64,000 nucleotides of DNA from an uncultured Spirochaetota bacterium (GCA_963783575.1 CAWAOD010000014.1:32001-96000); one strand, 5' to 3'. Counted from the stretch's first letter, positions 11,901 through 23,252 are shown. Numbers and translations are program-made. The notes: generated by a model not told the origin, from the sequence alone.

Positions 11901-14766
11901 AAGAGCGAATAGGGGAACGGTAAACATCTGCCGATAAGAGCTTAACCAGTTACTCCTGGATGTCTTCCATCCTTCAGATGGTTTCCATTCAAGCAGTTTA
12001 TTCCGGGAAATCATCATCCTCCAGAATGTTCGGATGATTGCATCGAGATTGATAAAGGCTTCATAAGGAAGTACAACCAGCATAAATAAGGCTTTGAAGA
12101 GATGAAGCCCCAATTCCTCAGCCACAGATTTTAAATGCAGATGAAGCGGAAACCTTAAGGGAATCATGGACGCATGCCGGAAGGTCCCGGGAATAATGGG
12201 GACAATAATTATACCCGCGGCTGAGGCAAGCCCAAACCAGGATGGTTGAAGGAATAGCCAGCCGAGTATGATCAGAAGCAATAATCCTTCGGGGAAAATA
12301 CTTCGCCTGAGATTATCGAATATTTTCCACCTTGATAGTAAAGACATTGGATTTTTCTGTAATTTCTTTTTGAACCCGGGGACACGGGGAAATAGCCATG
12401 CCGCGATCTGCCAATCACCTCTTATCCAGCGGTGACGTCTGGAGATATCATCGCTGAAGCGTTCCGGAAATTCGTCGATCAGCTGGACATCGCTGACCAT
12501 GCCGGACCTGCAGTAATTACCTTCAAGCAGATCATGACTCAGAATTTGGTTTTCAGGTAAACGGTCAGCCATGATCAACGCGAACATATCGATATCATAA
12601 ATTCCTTTGCCGATAAACGAACCTTCTCCGAATAAATCCTGATAAACATCAGATACTGCGCGTGTATAAGGATCGATTCCCGAATCGCTCCCGAAGATAC
12701 GGGAATACCATGATGTGCGCTCTGAGGGCAAACTTGAAACAACCCTCGGTTGCAGGATTGTATATCCGGCTGTGACTCTCTGTTTAACCGGATCGTAGAT
12801 GGGTGCATTCAGCGGATGTGCCATGGTTTCAATCAAATGTCTTGCCGAATCACGGGGAAGCTCTGTATCTGCATCAAGAGTAATGACATATTTTACTTTA
12901 GCCAGCATAGACGGATCGCCTTCAACAAGAAGCTCAGGCCTTTCATGGGAACGCAGTACTTTATTGAGTGCTTCAAGTTTTCCCCTTTTCCGTTCATACC
13001 CCATCCAGACTTTTTCTTCCGGATTCCATTGCCGGTTCCTGTGAAAGAGTAAAAAGGGCTTATTGCTATTGTGACCATATTTATCATTGAGATTCTTTAT
13101 ACCTGTTTTTACTATTTCCAGTAAATGTTTATCTTCTGGCATAAATGATGCGGACGCATCCTTGAAATCCGTTAGAAGACTCAAGTAAAGGTTATCTGCC
13201 CTGTTCGACAGAAAACAAACTTCCATTTTATTGATGAGATCATTTATTTCGTGTTCATTGGAGAGCATAGCAGGCACTGTGATCAGTGTGCAAAATTCTT
13301 TTGGAATTCCACTGGAAAAATCCATTCTGGGCAAGAGAGAAGGCTGTGTGAACAGGGTTGACGCCCAGTTAACCAAAGCTATTACCATCTGACTGATAAC
13401 AAGAAGCAGGAGAAGAGCAGTCAAAATTAAATTTCCTGTGCCGGCCGGATGGATCATCCATAATATAGTATAAGTGAGGCTGCAAGTTATAATAAATATT
13501 GAGCCCAGATAATATAACAAAGGTGTTTTTTTAAAAATTTTAGTTAGTATGTCCCTGACAGTCCGGCGCATTTTAACGGACTTTTCAAGCAGAGAGCGTT
13601 TATTACCGGCCAGGTAAAAGCCGACATGGGCTGTCTTGTCTTGCTTTTCCATACTCTGTACAGCCAGATCGATCGCCCGGGCTGCCGCTTCCTCCTCAGA
13701 CAAACGGCTTTTTCTGGCAATCTTCTCGATAATATGTCTGTAATTGTCCCGGGTCGTAAAATCCATTTTATTATAGACACCGGCCGGATCGCTGCCGAGA
13801 ATATGTTCCACACGGCTCATAGCTTCGACAAAATTCTTCCAGTTGATAGCCGTTAACAGTCTTAAGCTGCCGATACTGTTGCTGATAGAAATCTGGTTTA
13901 TTGCCTGGTGACGGTTTTCCAGGTGTACCTGCCGTTCTATAGTCTGGCCTTGTTCAGACAGACGCTGTTCAATCCAGGTAAGGGGAAGGATCATAGCCGG
14001 GTTTTTACTCTGCAGTTTACGGACTAATTCTGCCACAAAAGTGCTGCTCATAGGTAGTTTAGCCCTAACCATATCTGCCATATCGAGGATAATATTTTTA
14101 GGATCTTTATACGCTGTCTCAAGCATCCGGTCGGCCCAGAAACCGGCCAGATTACTGTCCCTCCTGCTTGCGGTAATACGAGTAGCAACCCGCCTTAAAT
14201 TCTCGATCAAAGCAAGGCGTAACATAATCGGAATGGCCCATAATTCTCCCAATTTCAAAGATATCACTTTCTGATATGAGGCGACAATACTGCTGAGATT
14301 TCCTTCATCTACGCGTCCTTCCACATGGGAGATCAGCTCCCGGACAATATCGTAAACCCTGGGCAAACCTGCCGAAGGGCCGGAACGGAGACGGGGCAGT
14401 TCCCGGCTGTAACTTTTGGGAAGGTGATTCCTTGTTATCAAGACTTGTTCCTCGATCAAATAGAAATTATCCAGGAGCCATATCTCGGCAGGGGACATGC
14501 TTTCTTTTGCTTGCTCTCCGGTGTTTAATAGTTCGTATGTTTCAGTCAGTATCTTTTCGTTTTCGGTCAACCTGGCCAGCAATTTATCCCTACCTGTCCG
14601 GTGATCCAATTCGATGCATCCGGGCTAAGGCTTCGCCTTGTTTTCCCAGCTGGTCAATACTTAATTGGTCAGCGAGTAAAGGATATTCCAGGTTGTTTTC
14701 TACGGAGCGGCCGGTCAGCTCAATGTGTTCATTGAAATGAAGAAGCCATCGGCTGATTAAATTCAT
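5993..14766 (-). pseudogene. ndvB: Cyclic beta-1,2-glucan synthase (GT84 + glucoamylase-like + GH94), split by three single-base frameshifts (real or assembly errors)
   Basis: Four consecutive ORFs with Cgs motifs: [67 protein letters not shown]. Frame joins at ~14605, ~7665 (GLDPAAS) and ~7390 ([18 protein letters not shown]). Confidence 0.9.
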
Positions 14767-15121
14767 TTTCAAAATTATTTTACCTTCCTTGTTCAACTGA
14801 TAGGGAAACATAAAATTCCAACTAAATAATTTTAACCGGGAACTGAATTTATTGATAGGTTTTAACATTTTGAACATATGGAATACAAATATCTCGCAAT
14901 TTGTTGTATCTTTAGGAAGTTCAAGGTTTTCAGGGTTGTATGAAGATTGCCGGTTAGAAAATTCGGCATTTTTTATTTTCATCTTTTTATTGATATTTTA
15001 TATATCACTGATTATAATTTTTTTATCAATGGTTTTAAAACTCGCAGGGTTTAGCTGTTGTATTTGGGGCAACTGCATAGTAAAAAATAAGATGGCTGTT
15101 TATTTTTATTTCGGAGCACTT

Positions 15122-15685
15122 ATGAAAATTAAAGAAAAAGTGATAATTGCGAAGTCTCATGCTGTTTTATTATCAGTAATGATGCTTATTTTGGGATATA
15201 CGAACCCAAGGGTTGTCTCAGGACAAACTTTGGCGGCGACAAACGGTACTCCTCGAGTACTCCAAAATGGGATATACTCTGTACTTGGCAGTGCACCAAC
15301 GCTTGAACAGGCGAGAATCGAAGGTGTTCAACACGTTGTCCTGGCCTTCGACAAAAAAAAGTACACAGATTTAAATCAGGATGAATCCCCGTTCTATGTG
15401 GCCATAGACCCCTGTTCCTATGTTCCTTTAGTCATAGAAGGAACGCCGCAGGTAAAAAAAGATGACCGGGGAAAGGGTATTTTGTTTGTATCCCTGAAAG
15501 AAGAGAATGCGAAAAAACTGGAGGAATTTACCCGCGCGCATCTCGGGGGCCGAGTCGCAACTATTGTCGATGGGGAGATTATTTCAATGAACAAAATACG
15601 AGCTGTTATCATTGGAGGGAAGTTTCAGATGACTCGCTGCAATGACAATGCCTGTGAGATAATACGTGCAAAGCTTATTAAATGA
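15122..15685 (+). CDS. Secreted SecDF P1 head-subdomain-like protein
   Basis: AKKLEEFTRAHLGGRVATIVDGEIIS..I...IIGGKFQM motif; ATG after GGAG. Confidence 0.7.
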   Translation: MKIKEKVIIAKSHAVLLSVMMLILGYTNPRVVSGQTLAATNGTPRVLQNGIYSVLGSAPTLEQARIEGVQHVVLAFDKKKYTDLNQDESPFYVAIDPCSYVPLVIEGTPQVKKDDRGKGILFVSLKEENAKKLEEFTRAHLGGRVATIVDGEIISMNKIRAVIIGGKFQMTRCNDNACEIIRAKLIK

Positions 15686-15740
15686 AAAGGCAAAATTGAA
15701 ACCGGCGCTGGTTTGGGGAACCCGTCCCTAATTGTTCATA

Positions 15741-16877
15741 TTAAAATCCATTAATATAGCATCGAACCGGCAGGTCATTTGGAAAAGCTGCAAGGCATTT
15801 ATTACAGCTTATACATGATACCCTGCTGACTTTTTTCTCTTTGATATGTTTGACCAGGAAAGGTTCATGTATAAAAGGGCGGCACATTGATATAAAATCG
15901 GTATATCCTCTGTCAACAGCCTCCTCCATTGAAGCAACCTCTCTCCATCCACCCACGGAGAAAAGCCTGCCGGAATTAAAATACGGCTTAATAAAGCGGG
16001 TATCATCTGAGTTATATCCTTCATAAATTTCGTATTTACTATCCATCTCTTTCAGGACCGATTCAAAATGAGGATATTTTAAAAATAGCTCTTTAAACGG
16101 AACATTCCCCCTGCACATATTATATGGAGAAATGTAGGTTCCACAACTTACCTCTATCCCGTCAATATTCATCTCCGAGAGCCGCGAAGCATATTCTGCA
16201 GCCAATGGAGGTGTAATACCCTCCGAAGGAGTGTAATCATTCGAGTTCAGTTTAACCAGGATTGCCATATTCCGAGGGATAACTCTTTTTATGCCTTTGA
16301 TAATCTCTCCTAGAAACCTGAACCTGTTATCAACAGAATCACCCCACGAATCTTTGCGGTTGTTGAAATAAGGCGACAGGAACTCATTGATCAGATACCC
16401 GTGAGCGGCGTGGAGCTGTATCCCGTCAGCTCCGGCTTCAGCTGCCCGGAGTGAGGCATTAACAAATGATTCGATGATTTCTTGTATCATATTTTTAGAA
16501 AAAGGATCATCAGATGAAGGACCCTGAGGCTGCCGGCCTATTACATCACCCGCAGCCTGAACGCCTGCGTGACCAAGCTGAAATATAATTTTACTATCAT
16601 GTTGATGTACGGTTTCAACCAGTTTTTTTAGACCCGGGATCATACTGTCATTATGGATGCCGGTCTGTTTTTCCCTAGTACGCCCAAGCGGATGAACATA
16701 CATATGGCTTGATATTATCAGCCCGGTTTCACCTTTGGCGATTTGATCAAATTTGCGTATTATACTTTCGGTAACTTCCCCTGCATAAAATGCCATATTG
16801 TCTTCGCAAGCGGAACAGACAAATCGGTTTTTGATCTGAAGTGGACCTATGTTTTGCGGTGTAAATAAAATCGACAT
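15741..16877 (-). CDS. NADH:flavin oxidoreductase (Old Yellow Enzyme family)
   Basis: LFTP...IKNRFV, FQLGHAG, DGIQLHAAHGYLINEFLSP, C-terminal CISCNKC. Confidence 0.92.
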   Translation of the reverse strand: MSILFTPQNIGPLQIKNRFVCSACEDNMAFYAGEVTESIIRKFDQIAKGETGLIISSHMYVHPLGRTREKQTGIHNDSMIPGLKKLVETVHQHDSKIIFQLGHAGVQAAGDVIGRQPQGPSSDDPFSKNMIQEIIESFVNASLRAAEAGADGIQLHAAHGYLINEFLSPYFNNRKDSWGDSVDNRFRFLGEIIKGIKRVIPRNMAILVKLNSNDYTPSEGITPPLAAEYASRLSEMNIDGIEVSCGTYISPYNMCRGNVPFKELFLKYPHFESVLKEMDSKYEIYEGYNSDDTRFIKPYFNSGRLFSVGGWREVASMEEAVDRGYTDFISMCRPFIHEPFLVKHIKEKKVSRVSCISCNKCLAAFPNDLPVRCYINGF

Positions 16878-17059
16878 TAAACACCTCCTCCATAAATAAA
16901 ATATTTTTATATTCCATTAAATATGTTAAAATTAACTGCCGCTTTTTTTAGCTCATTTAATAAAACTGCGATGAATAATTATAGCAGACTGAGATTTATT
17001 AGTCTTGAATAAACCTGCTATATATTATTTATAAAAATATTATATGATCAGGAATATAC

Positions 17060-17866
17060 ATGATGACTATTCAAACGCTTAATAGACGCAATAAAAATCC
17101 TGAGGGATATGCTTACTGGTTTTTTCAGTCATTGCTTTTATTTAATTCGATTAAGGCTGAGATGCATCACCATTGGCAAATGGAAATATATATCGGATTA
17201 GAAGGTGATTTTAAAATGAATTTCGGTGATGGATGGGGGGTGTACCGGGCTGTTATTATAGAATCAAATCATCCTCACCAGTTTTACGGATCAAGCGGTT
17301 GGTGTGCACTGTTATTGCTAGATCAGACCGGTAAAATCGGAAAATATTTGAGAAATGAGATATTATGCGGGAATAAATTTCAGGAACTGGATATGGAACC
17401 GATCAATCCATATATCGATGTACTTCTCAATTATTGCGGCCACCCTGTTTCTTGCAGTGAAGCAGAAGTGCTATTTAACAATATACTCCGCGCTATTACC
17501 TGTAACGCAGTAACCATAGAACCGTTAAATCAGAGAGTGATTGATATAATTAGAATACTGAGAAAACTGCCGGGAAAAAAAATAAAAGCTGCGGACCTGG
17601 CAAAAAGCATTAATCTTTCAGAAAGCCGCCTTGCCCATATATTCAAGGAAGAAACCGGTGTGCCGGTTCGGCAATTTCTTTTATGGCTGAGACTTAATGA
17701 TGCTGTTAAACTAATTACGAATGGTGCATCATATACTGATGCGGCTTATGATGCCGGATTTGCCGATGCTGCACATCTTACCAGGTCATATAAAAAAATG
17801 TTCGGACTTACTCTTTCTCATGCAGTAAATAAATCTAAAAATGTAGAGTTTATAACATATTTTTAA
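17060..17866 (+). CDS. AraC family transcriptional regulator
   Basis: LSESRLAHIFKEETG and AGFADAAHLTRSYKKMFG double HTH; divergent from the OYE gene. Confidence 0.92.
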   Translation: MMTIQTLNRRNKNPEGYAYWFFQSLLLFNSIKAEMHHHWQMEIYIGLEGDFKMNFGDGWGVYRAVIIESNHPHQFYGSSGWCALLLLDQTGKIGKYLRNEILCGNKFQELDMEPINPYIDVLLNYCGHPVSCSEAEVLFNNILRAITCNAVTIEPLNQRVIDIIRILRKLPGKKIKAADLAKSINLSESRLAHIFKEETGVPVRQFLLWLRLNDAVKLITNGASYTDAAYDAGFADAAHLTRSYKKMFGLTLSHAVNKSKNVEFITYF

Positions 17867-17935
17867 TCACTGATTATTGCCAAACAGTATTTGCTGGCCG
17901 CGATAGTTCTAAATCATTTTTTCAGGGAGGTTACT

Positions 17936-18505
17936 ATGAACTGTTTTCATGACTTTTCCGCCCCGCTCTGGGGAATATTCGCCGGAAACCTGCTGCTGCT
18001 GTTCTGCAGCCTGTTTTACCTTGCCTGGTGGGTAGTCTCCTATAGCCCGAATTCATCCGGCGGCACGACCGGCGGGTTCTTCATCACAGCCGCTTTTATT
18101 ACAGGAATTGCCGCTATTATGATCATGGCTGGCGGGATCAATTCGTTACCCGGGAAAGGATTACCGGTAAGGTACATCCTGCTGGGAGCCATTGTTCTTT
18201 TTGTCGTCCTTCTCACGGTCACGCAGGTCGTTTTCAGACGCACAGTGACATCGGAACTCATGATCATATGCATCTGGGCGGCCGTGGAATGTTCCGCTAT
18301 CGCCGTGTTGCAGGGAAGCGGCCGTTTCGGAACAGGAAGGGCTGTCATCCTTGCGCTTATTGTCGGGTTTGCTACAATTATCGGCTTGGTCTGCTATATT
18401 CTGCATTACCGCCTTGATGAAACGGCGCAATACTGGAACGGGATCATTCCTCTGACGGCTGATGCAATTGTGATGGCGGTGTTTCTGGCTGTTATGGCAG
18501 TGTAA
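17936..18505 (+). CDS. Hypothetical integral membrane protein
   Basis: About 6 hydrophobic segments; GGAGG RBS before ATG 17936. Confidence 0.7.
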   Translation: MNCFHDFSAPLWGIFAGNLLLLFCSLFYLAWWVVSYSPNSSGGTTGGFFITAAFITGIAAIMIMAGGINSLPGKGLPVRYILLGAIVLFVVLLTVTQVVFRRTVTSELMIICIWAAVECSAIAVLQGSGRFGTGRAVILALIVGFATIIGLVCYILHYRLDETAQYWNGIIPLTADAIVMAVFLAVMAV

Positions 18506-18942
18506 GAGGACTAGAAACTTCTGCTGATTGGAAAAATTACCTGCCTTAACGGGTTGACGAATATAGCGGCGCATCATTTAACGGTATCATTTGAGGGCCA
18601 CAAAAGCACGCTTTGGGAGAGCAATCCGGAGGAGATTTCTTAAAGGCGCAAGTTATGCGAGCATGGTTGAAGCAGTCTTTGAGACTTTTTTTATTTTTTT
18701 TACAAAAAAAGTATGCTGGAAATTAAGGAGGTGCTTTATTGAGTTTTTATCTACCTATAATTATAATTTTTCAAATCAGGTATTTGACTACCATTTTATA
18801 GTAAAGTATGATAATATTCAATATGTGTACTTGATAAACTATTTATTTTTATTAAAATTTATAATAAAATAATTGCTACATAACTTCTATATGTAGTTTT
18901 TAATTAAAGATATTTCATTTAATTAATCAAAAGAGGTAAGAA

Positions 18943-20016
18943 ATGCTTAAATCTTTTAAGGTGGAAAATTTTAAATGCTTTAAAAATCTTGCGCTCGATG
19001 ATCTTCGGAGGTTCAATATTATTGCTGGTACAAATGCTGCTGGTAAAACCACTTTGCTCGAAGCAATCGAGATTATGCTTGTTGCTAGTCCTGAACGCCT
19101 ACCCTGGCTGAATAATTTTCGCAATATTCCAACATTTATTCCACCAAATTCTACAGCAGAACAATTTAGGCAGCAATTTGCAGGGTTCTTCCATGGATTT
19201 CAAGACGAAATGCCAATTACAATGAAAGCAGAGGACTCCAGCCAGAGAAATGCAACATTATCTATTTATTTTGACCAAAAGAGAGCTATTAGTGTTCAAC
19301 CTAATATTGGTTTTCAACAGGTTCCTTCAGTTCCACCGATAACAGTAGTACCATTAGCATTTGAGAGAATCGATTTCCTAGGAAATAAGAATACACTTGT
19401 TGCAACCTTACAGCCTACTGGTCAGCCATTTTATGAACCAGGAAAAACAATGGGAATCCCTTCTTGTTTTATTACAGGTACTTACTTTCCACAGGAAAAT
19501 GCTACATGGTTATCAGATTTAAGAGTGAATAAACACGACAAAGTTGTTATCGATGCATTACATCAACATTTTCCATTTATACAAGATGTTAGCCCAGAAA
19601 CAACACCTACGGGAATTTCACTTGTATACGCTGATATCCCTTCTCTTCCAAAGAAAATACCCTTGTCTGCAGTTTCTGCGGGAATCAGCAGAATCTTTAC
19701 CTTTATGTTGGCGGTGATTGAATATGGAGGTGGAGTTTTACTTATAGATGAAATTGAAAATGGTATTTTTTATGATCAATACCAACTTGTCTGGAAAAGC
19801 TTAATTGATCTCGCTAAGCAAAATGACACTCAATTGTTTATTTCTACGCATAGTTATGAGTTTTTGCAGGCCATACTTCCCACAATGAAGGACAACGAGA
19901 ACGATTTTACATTACTTCGAGTTGAAAAGGAAAATGGAACTTCGAGTATTTCATCATTTATTGGAAAGGAAATGGAAGCAGCTTTAGCTAAGGGAGCAGA
20001 GATACGATCGGCTTAG
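18943..20016 (+). CDS. ABC-class AAA ATPase (AAA_15/AAA_21-like), soluble
   Basis: VENFKCF, Walker A GTNAAGKT, signature SAGI, Walker B LLIDEIENG, STHS; no TM segments. Confidence 0.88.
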   Translation: MLKSFKVENFKCFKNLALDDLRRFNIIAGTNAAGKTTLLEAIEIMLVASPERLPWLNNFRNIPTFIPPNSTAEQFRQQFAGFFHGFQDEMPITMKAEDSSQRNATLSIYFDQKRAISVQPNIGFQQVPSVPPITVVPLAFERIDFLGNKNTLVATLQPTGQPFYEPGKTMGIPSCFITGTYFPQENATWLSDLRVNKHDKVVIDALHQHFPFIQDVSPETTPTGISLVYADIPSLPKKIPLSAVSAGISRIFTFMLAVIEYGGGVLLIDEIENGIFYDQYQLVWKSLIDLAKQNDTQLFISTHSYEFLQAILPTMKDNENDFTLLRVEKENGTSSISSFIGKEMEAALAKGAEIRSA

Positions 20017-20025
20017 AGGTGTGTC

Positions 20026-20691
20026 ATGTTGGGTAGATTTACCAAATCACGCCTTTTGATATGTGAAGGAGATGACGATAAGGGATTTCTGGAAACTCTC
20101 ATTAAAGATCGTGGTTTACCTGATTTTCAAGTTTGCCATGCAGCGGAATGTAATGAAAAAAGAGTAGGAGGAAAATCTGGTTTTGAGCATGCTCTTACCG
20201 GTTTCTCGGCTATTACAGGTTTCTCTACTATTTTAAAGGCAATTCTTATTGTTACGGATAATGATACCGCTGATTCGTTCGATAAAGTTTGTAGTGCCCT
20301 AACTAAGAACTTGCTCCAGAATAACTTTAGTGCGCCCAGTAAACCTGATTCTGTTGGATCAATCCATACAAAACCATTGGCAATTCTTATGATTCCCCGC
20401 AATGAAATTGGAGATTTAGAAAAAATATGTCTTCCAGCTATTCACAAGAAGTGGCCGAAATCATCAGGATGCGTTGAATCTTTTCTTAAATGTACAGGGG
20501 CGGATAAGTGGAGAAAACCTTCTAGCATTAATAAAGCTCGTGCTAGGGCGGCTGCAGTTGGTTTCAACGAGGAAGACCCATTTAAAGGCATAGGTCATTT
20601 GTTCAGGCAAGGTACGCTTTCTACTAAAAATGCCTGCTTTGATGAAATTACAGAATTTCTCAAAAATTTCGATAAAATGTGTGGTATATAG
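20026..20691 (+). CDS. TOPRIM-like protein (DUF3226-type), partner of the ATPase
   Basis: LLICEGDDD, IVTDND (DxD), GDLEKICL motifs; 9 bp downstream of the ATPase. Confidence 0.7.
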   Translation: MLGRFTKSRLLICEGDDDKGFLETLIKDRGLPDFQVCHAAECNEKRVGGKSGFEHALTGFSAITGFSTILKAILIVTDNDTADSFDKVCSALTKNLLQNNFSAPSKPDSVGSIHTKPLAILMIPRNEIGDLEKICLPAIHKKWPKSSGCVESFLKCTGADKWRKPSSINKARARAAAVGFNEEDPFKGIGHLFRQGTLSTKNACFDEITEFLKNFDKMCGI

Positions 20692-21215
20692 TTTATATTA
20701 ATTCCGCTGGAACAATGTATTTAATTAATTGAAATTTAATTCCTAATTTCGGAGACATTTTAATCGACAATTCTTTTCGAGAGCATATCTATAATATCCG
20801 CCAAGCGTAATTACTTCAAATAACACATTATTTTTATTAAAACGGATGTTTCGGGTTAGGAGAACCGAAAAACAGTTATAACTTAATATTATATAATCAG
20901 TTACGTATTCCAGGCAGTTTTCGGTTAGAGCCTGCCGACATGGACTGCGGCATTCTGAAAGAGTTATAAACTACTTTGCAAATTCAATAAATATGAATTA
21001 TATAATATTTTTGGAATAATAAAATATTAATATTCGCTTACTGGATATAGAAATAGAAAGATATTAAGATAGGAGAACACAAATATATCGTAATTCTATG
21101 TTCTGCAAAGAATAATAAATCTTAGAAAAATTTTTAACTGACAATTTAAAACATTATATTTTCAAAATAATATTCCTTTGACGGAATTAAAGATATTTAT
21201 TGAAATTAAATTAAA

Positions 21216-21239
21216 GAGGCCATCGTTATTGATGGCCTC
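21216..21239 (-). terminator. Intrinsic terminator of the LRR lipoprotein genes
   Basis: GAGGCCATC-GTTATT-GATGGCCTC hairpin just past the stop at 21253. Confidence 0.7.
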
Positions 21240-21252
21240 CTAATTAATAAAA

Positions 21253-21984
21253 TTAATATTGGAGGGGATAGGCAAGAACAGTTATATTGTTACTTTCATT
21301 CCAAGGGCCCTTTTTTAAATAATTGCCCCATCCATTGCCATTAGTCGATGTGTAGGTTATTGAGTTAGTAAAATTTATCGGCCATACGAAAAGCCGTATA
21401 AAAGAATTACAATCGTAAAAAGTATAAGCATTAACCAGCGGTGGGTTAGGGTTTAATGATGTTACAGCAACCAGATTGATACAACTTCCGAACGTAAATT
21501 CACTCATAATTGATAATTGGTTGCCAAGGGTCACATAAACCAGATTTGGGCAATTCTCAAAAGCCATATACCCTATATTAGTGACGCTGTTGGGGATAGT
21601 CACGTAAGTTATATTGGTTTTATCACCGAATGCGTAGTTAGCTATATAAACAACGGGATAGCCGTTAATTGTTGGTGGTATGCTGATTTGGTTACTCATA
21701 AAGAATTGTGAAAAATATAATTCTGAAAACCCTGTGACTGTACAATTCCCATTATTTATAGTATAGGTAAACCAGGAAGCCGGACTGGGCGGAAGGGGCT
21801 GTGGAATGTAGTAGAAGGATAATGTAAGGTTTTTGGATACGCTCCCCGAAGACTCCGATACAGAGGAGCTTCCTCCCCCGCCGCTTGAATTTGATGGTGC
21901 CACCGAACAGCTTGATAAAAAGGCGATTGTGAATAAACCGATCAGCATTGCAGATACACAAAAGATACTTTTTCTTTTCTTCAT
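21253..21984 (-). CDS. BspA-type leucine-rich repeat (LRR_5) lipoprotein, paralog A
   Basis: Lipobox FLSSC, Ser/Gly linker, IPPTINGYPV, VTIPNSVTNIGYMAFENCPNL. Confidence 0.85.
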   Translation of the reverse strand: MKKRKSIFCVSAMLIGLFTIAFLSSCSVAPSNSSGGGGSSSVSESSGSVSKNLTLSFYYIPQPLPPSPASWFTYTINNGNCTVTGFSELYFSQFFMSNQISIPPTINGYPVVYIANYAFGDKTNITYVTIPNSVTNIGYMAFENCPNLVYVTLGNQLSIMSEFTFGSCINLVAVTSLNPNPPLVNAYTFYDCNSFIRLFVWPINFTNSITYTSTNGNGWGNYLKKGPWNESNNITVLAYPLQY

Positions 21985-22237
21985 AGAAACCCCCTTAAAA
22001 TATAATTTCATTTTATTCATACTTTGTTTATCTCCTATTATTTATTCCTAAGCTTTTAAATATGCATCAAACATATATCTTCCGATTATTGTTTAAACCG
22101 TTGATTAAGAAGATAACGTTGAAGCAATGCTGGAAACCGGGGAAACAATAATCGTGAAGGAAGATTAGCTGTTGCTACAATCTCTTATGGTTCCATTTTT
22201 CTTCACATTTCCTGCTCCTTGATATGCTGAAGCGCAG

Positions 22238-22954
22238 TTATCGGAAAAAGAGAACTGATATATTGGAAGTTAGATTCCAATAACCAATTTGTAAATATGG
22301 ACCCCATGCATTATTTGCCTCGTAACGTGATTTTATTAAAATCCCACCCACCCAAATTCCAAGCAATTTATTACAATTCCTAAATGTATCAAAAAGAACA
22401 TGCGGCGGGTTAAGGTTTAATGACAATACAGATGTCAGTATACTGCAATCCCCGAATGCAAATTCACTGATAGATGAAACTTTATTGCCAAGGGTCACAT
22501 ACCGCAGGTTTGGGCAGTCCTCAAAAGCCATATACCCGATATTGGTGACGCTGTCTGGAATAGTCACGAAAGTTATATTGGTTAAATCAGCGAATGCAAC
22601 GTACCCTATGCTAACTACGGGATGACCGTTTATAGCTGAAGGTATGCTGATTACGTTACTCATAAAGAATTGTGAAAAATATTCTTGTGAAAACCCTGTA
22701 ACAGTGATATTTCCATTATCTGTAATAAATGTAAACCAGGAAGAGGGACTTGGTGGCTGTGGCAGTGGTTGTGGAATGGGGTAGTATACTATAAGGTTTT
22801 TTGATACGTTCCCCGAAAAATCAGATACAGAGGAATTTCCTCCCCCGCCGCTTGAATTAGACGGCTCCGAAGAGCAGCTTGATAAACAGGCTGCGGTTAA
22901 AAACAAACAGATCAACATTAAAGATGTACAAAAGATACTTACTTTGTTCTTCAT
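22238..22954 (-). CDS. BspA-type LRR lipoprotein, paralog B
   Basis: CLSSC lipobox, VTIPDSVTNIGYMAFEDCPNL; clearly homologous to paralog A. Confidence 0.85.
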   Translation of the reverse strand: MKNKVSIFCTSLMLICLFLTAACLSSCSSEPSNSSGGGGNSSVSDFSGNVSKNLIVYYPIPQPLPQPPSPSSWFTFITDNGNITVTGFSQEYFSQFFMSNVISIPSAINGHPVVSIGYVAFADLTNITFVTIPDSVTNIGYMAFEDCPNLRYVTLGNKVSSISEFAFGDCSILTSVLSLNLNPPHVLFDTFRNCNKLLGIWVGGILIKSRYEANNAWGPYLQIGYWNLTSNISVLFFR

Positions 22955-23059
22955 AAAAGCTCTCCTTAAATATATTTCCATATTATTCATACTTTGGTTA
23001 CTTCCTATATTATTACCATCACCTTATTAACTGGAAAATAACAGTCCTCAATGCCTTGT

Positions 23060-23252
23060 CTCCTTGCTGTGATATAATTAAGCTCGAGTATGCCGACCAT
23101 CCGCCTGAATTACGAAGTTACACTTCCAGCAAGTACACGGATTGAGATTAAACTAGAGCAATGATAAAAAATGCTTATTCCGTTTGCCGAAGGAATAACT
23201 GTGTTGATATTCACATTTGTTAGAAGCCCGCAATATTCGAATGCATATTTAA
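23060..23252 (-). pseudogene. C-terminal relic of a third BspA-type LRR gene
   Basis: Manual translation KYAFEYCGLLTNVNINTVIPS...IFYHCSSLISIRVLAGSVTS*, then GGWSAYSSLIISQ in another frame, resembling an LRR_5 C-terminal cap. Confidence 0.55.

Noticed and set aside
7330..14982. Four separate genes or programmed frameshifting at the glucan synthase locus
   Set aside because: The pieces are collinear parts of one known protein and the junctions lack slippery heptamers
18510..18710. Riboswitch upstream of the ATPase operon
   Set aside because: No recognisable aptamer consensus or convincing stem before the T-run
21253..23252. Diversity-generating retroelement (target/template pair) among the LRR paralogs
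   Set aside because: No reverse transcriptase in the window and the differences do not look adenine-specific
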